DNA of 64,000 nt from Octopus sinensis (lineage: Eukaryota), in contig NC_043006.1 of NCBI RefSeq assembly GCF_006345805.1, positions 91,698,001 through 91,762,000 of the forward strand, given 5' to 3'. A model generated the notes under the pieces. It saw only the letters and a program-made list of their open reading frames with translations, made no database searches and had not been told where the DNA came from. The translations under genes were made by a program, and so were the position numbers. Position 1 is the stretch's first letter. Every line of letters begins with the position of its first letter. Below are positions 55,001-64,000 of the stretch, in pieces.

Positions 55001-55067
55001 CTAAGAAAGGTTTCTGAACTAAGAAAGGTTTCTGTATACATACATACATACATACTTACATATATAT

Positions 55068-55165
<98 letters not shown>

Positions 55166-56239
55166 GGAAACACACAAGCATATAACTGTACGTGTGTATA
55201 TATGTATGTACATGCTGACACACATGTATCTAATATAGAAGAGATATATATAGGAGCCAGAAAAAGTTGTAACATCACATTTCAGATTCGAACGCGTTGT
55301 ACATTGTTACTTACAGACATGCAAATATGTGTGTGTGTATAAGTCACTACATATTATTTGTATTGCATTTTTTCCCCAAACTTAGACGCGAATTCTATAT
55401 AAATTCTCCTTCAGATTAGAAGTGCTGACATATGAAAATATGTTCAGCGCAATACGTGATGTTCTTTTTGGTAAGAGTTATGCAGTTGCCGTACAACGAA
55501 GCCGCCTGATGAAGTCGGAAGAAGAATAATTATTTACCTGCGCAGGTGCATATTGATCATAGGTTATATTTAAATTATTTCTTTTAAATGACGGAGAACA
55601 AACTACAGGTGGTAGTAGGTATGTATACCACTATGGTTACAGACGCAGCTAATGTCAGAGACAGATATACACACAAAGCTACAATATATATTCACGTAAA
55701 ACTCGTGTAGACAACGAAGGAATCCAGTCATTAGAGCATTGTAAAGAATAATGTCACATTCTCTGCATTCCAAGTTCGAATCACACCAAATGAACCGTTC
55801 TATTATAGGCACAGGGCCTGATTTATGTGGGGAGGGGGCTTGTCGATTACATCGACCCAGTGCTAAACGGGTACTTATTTTATAAACCTCGAAATGGTGA
55901 AAGGCAAAGTCGCCTTCGACGGATTTTGAACCCAGAACGAAGAAGCAGACGAATTACCGTTAAATATTTTGTCAGGTGTGCTACCGATTCTGTCATCTCA
56001 TCGCTTTGATGTCGATAAATAACAATCCTCAATCCAATATGGTGGACAAGCAGAAATTTTTGAGTGTCGGACACGATGGGTGTTTTGTGGTATCTACAAT
56101 AATTCTTTCCATTTTGAGTTCAAATTCCGACGAAAGATTCAAGCCACTCCACATGAAAGGAAGAAACAAGAGACATTATAATCTACGGCACCAGCGGAAT
56201 CTCTTTGCTGTTAAATAGGCAAAATCGCACCATCTCTGT

Positions 56240-56484
56240 ACTTTTGCGTCATGACTAGAAGCTTGGAAGGCTGAGACTAAGATCAAGCATGGACTAAGGG
56301 GAAGACCAAGACCATAGACGTTGGGGATTTTTATGAACACTACACCGACTTCCTGGCAGATTAAAGAAAGCAGCTCTCATCCACGGAAACGTTTGGCAAT
56401 ATCCTCGATGACACTGTACCGTCAGTAACACCGATATACATACATTCATACATACATACATACATACATACATACATACATACA

Positions 56485-56515
<31 letters not shown>
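56240..56515 (+). mobile_element. RTE-like LINE 3' tip with (TACA)n tail
   Basis: RGRPRP..KKAALIH..W resembles the RTE C-terminus and is followed by a tandem-repeat tail. Confidence 0.45.
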
Positions 56516-56518
<3 letters not shown>

Positions 56519-56528
56519 CATATACATA

Positions 56529-56592
<64 letters not shown>

Positions 56593-58074
56593 GTTGGAAT
56601 ATGTGTGTGTATTTATATATATATATATATATATAATATAATACATATATGATATTATAAGATGTATATTTGTGTGTATATGTATGCGTAAATATATATA
56701 TATATATATATAATATAATACATATATGATATTATAAGATGTATATTTGTGTGTATATGTATGCGTAAATATATATATATATATATACACACACATATAT
56801 ATATATACACACATATATATACATGTATATATATATCTTATATCATTATAGTACACTTTAGGGAGAAAGATACACATATACACTATGGAGAGAAAGATAT
56901 TTGAACAGAAGGGAATGTGATAATGAAAGAACTCTTTGGGGAAAACATAAGAAACAGATAAGATGCATGGAACAATTTCTTTTTAACTATTTATAATCGG
57001 AGTCTCACGCTTTTCTATATTTATTTATTTATTCATTTAATTAGATCTACTCTGTATTCTATTTACATATGTTTTGTGCCTTTCGAAATATATTCATCGA
57101 TCTATTATGGATCTCTTCACAGTGTATGATAATTCTCTCTGAAGAATATACAAAAATAAAGAATTCTATACAAATCTCGTTTGAACGGAAAGCTATGTAC
57201 TGGGAAAATAAAAGCTAAACTAAAAGCAGTCCCAATTCTTTGGGATCTGTATTGTGACATATAATTACACACATAGAAATGAAGGAACTTATCGACGTGA
57301 CATGCATATTAATCGAACGTAGTAATATATTTCTTTATTTACACTATATTATAACATTGTGTATCAATTATCTCTGTTTCATTCCCATACTTGAAAATAA
57401 AGAAATGAAAAACGCTGATTCATCGATTCATTTTACATTGCTACAAGAATGGTGTTGTAATACAAAACTTGGATTTCTTATAACTATTAAATTACGTGTG
57501 TGATAACAAGTATTCTGTTTCGTAACTGTAATGTTCTGTAGAACTTATATAATATTATAAATCCTTGTGTATTATGATGAGTGTAAGCAATTCCTTTGTG
57601 CAATGTGTCCGGTCATAAAATAGGGGAACAGCTGTTTGTATATTTGGACTCGTCACAACACAACGACTCAAAATAGGCAATATCTACATACAGTTATCCT
57701 TTCTTTTTATAGCTGCATGCACATTGTAGCGAGGAATTGCTTTCCGTCGTTGCAATACACAGTGTAGGCTATACGAAATAATCTTCTGGCTGGGTAGGTT
57801 AGTGGTCTATGGATCGCGAAAGAATGATAAAGAAGAAGCAGCCCAGCATAGTGGGGTCGGTTGAATAAGGGTAGGTTGATCCTGTGTTATCCTACTTTAC
57901 ATAAGTAAATAGTAGAATGTGAAATGGGTGCTATGATTGTGTGTGATGGAGACATGAGAGAATGAAAAGATCATAGAAGAGGATCAGTAAAAGAAAGGTA
58001 GAAAAGTGTCGTAGTTTGGGGTGAGTGTCCACAGATCGAGAGCATCCCAGCTACTGCCAGTAGTCCTGTCTTAA

Positions 58075-58215
58075 AGATCTCTGTGCCATGCTTGCACCGA
58101 AGTCCGGGTCTTCTCCAGCACGTTATATCGCCAATTGTTGCAACTCTAAATCGTCTCTTTAGCGAGGTTCAGCATGTTCTGGTCGGTCTTCATCACGTCA
58201 TCCTAGGCATTTCAA
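58075..58215 (-). pseudogene. RTE-like ORF C-terminal fragment
   Basis: DVMKTDQNMLNLAKETI*SCNNWRYNVLEKTR. Confidence 0.45.
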
Positions 58216-59800
58216 AGAAAAACAGAATTGGCTGCAAAAATGAATATTGTAATGTTTTTTTGTTTTTTTTTGCCAGGCATTGTGTTAATACTAGAACCAA
58301 AGCGCCATCCATGACTCCAGAAAAGTATGGTATTGTTATGGTATCTAATACTGAAATCGCTCTTCTAATTTCAGCATCGACTTACAATATTTATCACTTA
58401 AAAATGATATTCTTGAAAAATAACATTCTTCGCTATAATATACTAAAACATACATCGATAGCTTTTTTCTCTTTACGACAATTGTAAATAATTCATGTGC
58501 ACAATATATATCTGTGCATAAAAGATGGCGCAGCTATTCATACATTTCAACCCTCTCTCTCTCTTTTATTTCTTTGAATCTTCATCAGCCGCTGAGTGCC
58601 ATCTTTAACTAACTACAGAAACGTTGCTTATAAATCCAATAAAATTTGAGGTTAAAGCAAACTGGATTGAACAATTTGCATAAATTTAACGCTTCCTTGG
58701 CAGTGGGATCGGGTATTAAATTATTGGTCTGTTATCTGTTTCGTTTTGTTGCAACATCGTTTTATTAGAGCGAATTGTTTATAATGGTCGTAAAGCACAC
58801 TGTTGGCTAAAATCCTGCAGATATGTTCTATAATAGCAACGAAATGAACGGCTGTTAACACACTAGTCATTTAATTCTATTTGTTTTAGTTGCAATATTA
58901 GCCATTAATCCTAAAAGGCGGTGAAGTGGGAGAAAACGTGAAAGAGTCTGACTAACTGAATCGTAGTAATTCGTTCTACACTTTACGTTCTACGCTTGCA
59001 TCTTTCCAATATCACTTTTGCTTTTCATCTCTCTGGGAATGAATAAAAATACAATACCAGTCCAGAACTGAATTACAGGCAACCGTCTATTCCTCTCCCA
59101 CAAATCCCAGTCTTTGTATCTGTTTTAGAAACACTATCAAGTCACCATTATAAGTTGGCGAATTGGCCAAGTCGTTACTGTGCCGGTCAAAATGCTAAGC
59201 GGCATTTCGTTCGTGCTTACGTTTTCTGCTGCTGAGGTCATCATTTCAGGGTCGATAAAATAGGTACCAGTTTGAGTACTGGGATCGATGTAATCGACTT
59301 AACCCCCTTCTCTGAAACTGCTGGCCTCGTACCAAATTTCGAAACCAATATTAGTCACTATTGCAACAACCATTATAATCGAATCTAAATCTGTCTTTGA
59401 TGTGTATTATTATAGCAGTTGTTCAGCTGTAGGTCAACCCTGAGGGAGCAGATCTATTATTAAGACCCTTTGTCAAAGGCATGGCATCTCGTTGTTTCTC
59501 TTTCAAGCATAAATATATCTAGCACTACACTATCCAATGCAGCATTTCTGTTACTCGATGGCTGAATGTGAAATGGTAAGACATTTAGCTGTTCTTTCTA
59601 GCAGATTTAGATAAGCTTGTTAACAATGTGGTAAATTTATATGACAAGTGTAAATTTTCAGTTCTCAATTTCTGAAAAAAAATTGTATGGAACCCCATTT
59701 CCTTTACCTAACATCAACCACAAGATTCTACATACACACACATTTAAACTGATAGCTACTTTCCTGAAATATACACACACAAACATACACACGAGTATAT

Positions 59801-59861
<61 letters not shown>

Positions 59862-59917
59862 CATACATACATACATACATACATAATATATATATATATA
59901 TATAATATATATATATA

Positions 59918-59953
59918 TAAGTGTGAAACTCGATACTCATCTGGGTTTATATA

Positions 59954-60007
<54 letters not shown>

Positions 60008-60043
60008 TATAAAAACCCAGATGAGTATCGAGTTTCACACTTA
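59918..60043. repeat. Palindrome: perfect 31-bp inverted arms around a (TA)n centre
   Basis: TAAGTGTGAAACTCGATACTCATCTGGGTTT (59918-59948) and its exact reverse complement (60013-60043). Confidence 0.93.
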
Positions 60044-60849
60044 AGAAATGAAATAGATGTTCGTAGATGTGTTATGTGACACGGAATATTCTGTCGATAA
60101 CAGAAAGATGTTTGAAACGGTGTTTATCTAGTTTTGTGAATTAACGTTCTCAATATCAATATCTGTTGTCAATTTTGTGAACAAGGCTTGTCTTGCTACA
60201 TCAATGCGAAGGTTAAAAGAAAAAAGTATTTTAAATTCACTCTTACAATTTGATCGTGATTGATGATCTCTTTTCCATCAAGTACTCTCTACTATTCAGT
60301 GCTATAAGAATTGATTACGATTGCACCTGATTTTATAGTTAAAAATTGAAGGCTAGGTCACATGTCTTCGTCGGTGAAAAGCTTATATATATATATATAA
60401 AAGAACAATATGAAACACAACAGAAATGAAATTCAAACAGTAGTTTCTTTTTGAATTTCTACACAACGCTTAACACACTAAATATGAAAATGAACTTTGG
60501 AATAAATAGGGTTACTTTGTCTTGAATATTTGCTTTTAGGAAAATATAACTTAGGAGAATCTATTCTAGGGGTTTGTCACCCTAAGGGACGGATATTTGG
60601 AATTTAAATTCGTAGAGGAAATGGATTGATCACTGCCATAAAAAATGATACTTTCGAGAAATATAACGGAAAAATACGAGGTTGCATCTTATAGGAATTT
60701 AGGATATAAACAACAATTCCATCCGCCAATATTTCAGACGTTGCACCCAGACTAGAAAGGATTATTCCATTATTAAGCAAAGCGGTGAGGTGGCTAAGCT
60801 GTTAGCAAATTGGATAAAAAGCTAAGCAGCAATTTTTCCTGCCTTATGT

Positions 60850-61560
60850 TGTGAGTTGGATGAGTGCAACTCTAAGAACCTCGAATCGAATGCCTTTTGG
60901 TATTTGTCCCAACCCTCTGTGTTCTGTGTCTAAATCCCTGTCATGGACTAACTGGGAAGTAGACATACAGCGACTGATACCTTTAGCGGAGTCCAAAATG
61001 TTGAAAGCCTTTGAACCAGGCTCCGATTTGAAGATACCATCTTCGCTTTCTTCTTGTCTTGGAGACATTGTACAATATCATGAGCAGTGCTTGCTTTCTC
61101 CTCTGAGTAAATGATATTAAAACATAGAAAGACTTCTGTTGTTTATATTCCTTTCTATAAAGTGATCATCCTTAGTTTTGCTAACCGAGTGAAATATGAT
61201 TCACTGTAGAAATCCAATAAGACTGAAGCATGTCCCTTGTTCTTACTAGTTGGCTTTAATGAGATCCTCTCCTACACAGCCTTTCTGTATTTTCAAAAAC
61301 TTTCAATTATCATACTGGAGTTAACTCCCTTGCTCATCGTATTTTAGATTTAACATATCCTTAGGACGTATTGTTGGCTGATTGCATCGATAATCTCATT
61401 TAGTCGAAATTCTTTAACTAAAGGCATTACACACATGAAGCCCTGCGCGATTGAGCTGAGATGTTTGAGATAAAATAATTCAGAAATGGATGTTTTACTG
61501 CTATTTAAGTCTAGCTTTCCACTAAAAGCCTCTGTATGGCTTTCCAAAATCCAAGCTGAT
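60850..61560 (-). pseudogene. Highly decayed RTE-like RT fragment
   Basis: Weak motifs PLVKEFRLNEIIDAISQ, MITL*KG and QEESEDGIF occur in the expected order. Confidence 0.4.
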
Positions 61561-62316
61561 AGAGGATAAAAAGATGGGGAATCGAGTGGAATTCAAAAGG
61601 AAAAGGGAAGATAAAAAGCTACCTTGAAATACATGAAATAAAAGAAGAGATTCAGGCTGAGAGAAAAACCTGAAGCAAGTCGGATACATAAAAAGGAATT
61701 AGAAACCAACAAGTATTAGAGGGTAATATTGTAAATATTCCAAAATGTTTCCGACAGAGAAAGAAAGAGGGAGGGGAATAAAAAAATGATGAAAGTTTGG
61801 AAAGATAATTTATTGAATGTGTGTATATTTATTTTGGTGTGTTTCTAGACAGAGACATGAAAAGAAAACTAAGAGAAATGTAACTAAGAATAAGTGAAAA
61901 GACACCAGAGAGACGAGATATTCTTAAAAAATGATTCAAAAGTTAGGTGAGAGGAAAAGCTGTTTCGTGTACATCAGATGTCAGCATGACAGCACGGCGT
62001 GATGCATCACTATGACAGCTGAGAAGAGACTGCACTAAGTGCAAATGCCGTCATTTTGCTTCGTTAGATTTATCGTTACCATTACCATTGTATATTCTCA
62101 TTCGTTGCTTGAACGCATAACACATGCACACATATACATACACGTATGCATGTAAACATATACATGTTTGTGCGCGCATGCATACACACATACACACATA
62201 TATACATATATATATACAATATGTATCTATGAGCATGTATGCATATATGTCTGTATATATATGTATTGTGTACATCACTATCAGTCAGTCTGTTTGTCTG
62301 TCTGACTGTCTGTCTC

Positions 62317-62357
<41 letters not shown>

Positions 62358-63543
62358 GTACATAACATACAATATTATATTTATATATGTATATATCTGT
62401 CTATATCTCTATATACTTCAAAATAGCTGATTCAGTTTCGGCTAAGTACGTATCTGTTGTTCTCGCGGTCATTTCGGCTGGCTCTAAAGTGTACCGTGCT
62501 TTTTTTTAAACACAATTCATTTACCAAGGGATTTGTCTGGATGGACACCGCTGTTTCCCACTCTCCAGCTCCATACATGCATTGTGTATGCCATATTGGT
62601 AAAATATTTGCCACTGAGCTGTTTCTATTTTTAAATTCGAATTAAATATATACTAGCTTAATGTGACCTGCTCTACGCGCGGGTAAGAGTGTGGTTGTTA
62701 CTTTCTGTTGCTTCCTTTCTGTTCTTTATCACCACATTCTCCCTCTTTGTTGCTCTCTCTGTTCTCTCTCACTTTCCCACTCTCTTACTCTTCCTTTCTC
62801 TCCGACTCTCCGTCGCTTTCTCTAACTCTCTATCTTTCTCTATCTCTCTCTCCCATTTATAAACAACAAAAAATCTTGAGTAAGTTGAGAAAGAAAATAT
62901 TATGAAAGATCAATCATAAATAACAGGCAGTGACAACGGATAGGCCTGCTTCAAGGCAGACAGCAGAACACTAACATTTAAAAGGAACAGACGAACTTGC
63001 GACCTGAATAAAAATATTAGAAACAAAAGTTTGAATGGATAGAATTGGAATTTCTTAATGCTGGACAGCAACGTTGTGGCAGTTTAACGGCTGGCGTAAA
63101 ACTTTGAACTTGAAGTAAAAGAAAATTCCTAAACACCAAGTTTTGAAGTGATTCGTTCTCAAGACAGTAGACTCACCACGGCAAGCATTCAAAACTTCTT
63201 CATCATGGACGGCAACACATTGAAGATTTAAAGGCTGGCGCAAATCTTTTAGCTTGATGTAACAGAGAATTCCTAAAAACCCGCACCTGTAAATTTTAAT
63301 CCCCTTCCACATTTAGACCCCTTTTCACATTTTGTTTAATATAACCCGATTTCATTCGGGTCAACTCGGGCCACATTTTATAAGATGAGGAATTTTGTCC
63401 TAGAGGTCACGCCTGTCATTTGAGGAAAAAAATACTCGCTATGCAAACTCGCCAGCACTTTTAACATAGGTGTGCATATTTTCAGCTCAACCGATAACAT
63501 AATGCACACGTTATAATATATATATATATAATATATATATTAT

Positions 63544-63574
<31 letters not shown>

Positions 63575-63687
63575 GTATTAAATATATATGTATTAAATAT
63601 ATGTATTAAATATATATATGTACATATATACGCATTATATATATATACACACACATATATATAAATATATATCCACATATATATATT

Positions 63688-64000
63688 TGTGGCTACCCCC
63701 TCGTTATCGAGTATGACCATGCATGTGCAAGAAGATTTTGTTTTAAAAGTAAAGAAAGGCTGTGCACTGAGTCAATCCCACTCACTAAGCAACAGCAGCC
63801 CTAATCCGAAAAGAAGAACAAGTCAACATCATCGGTAACCACTGAGCCGCAGGTTTTATGTCGGGATTATCCCAGTTACCTGAGTGACCTTCTCCTAGAA
63901 GGATGCCCTAACAAAGGCTAGGAGTCCTTCACTCCCAATGGTTTAACCGCGCGATCGAGTATGCAGTCCGATTATTTCTATGTCCCCGCGCATGATACAG
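63688..64000 (-). mobile_element. Second copy of the 36944-37465 repeat (cut by window edge)
   Basis: Near-identical to 36944-37290 apart from a 35-nt deletion. Confidence 0.85.

Noticed and set aside
56634-56770. Exact ~60-bp tandem duplication between TA tracts
   Set aside because: Ordinary slippage or an assembly artefact in low-complexity DNA.

Overview
This is AT-rich, microsatellite-dense animal genomic DNA. The repeat families resemble those of an octopus/cephalopod genome (recognised by eye, not by database search). I found no credible host protein-coding exon, tRNA or rRNA gene, and almost all ORFs in the track are translations of simple repeats. The window is a patchwork of decayed mobile elements: R4/Dong-type LINEs at TAA arrays, a Penelope-like element, a CR1/L2-like RT, RTE fragments, Tc1 and mariner remnants, a probable non-autonomous Helitron, a 124-bp solo-LTR-like unit and at least three tRNA-derived SINE families. 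The most notable signal is a set of six dispersed minimal type I hammerhead-ribozyme-like motifs from about five unrelated sequence families. Their catalytic cores show all four Watson-Crick variants of the 3-8 tertiary pair (C-G, G-C, U-A, A-U). Other oddities are a ~560-bp near-perfect foldback, a spacerless 50-bp palindrome, and an inversion that flips a SINE head together with a hammerhead unit. All coordinates were read by eye; element boundaries are approximate unless stated otherwise.
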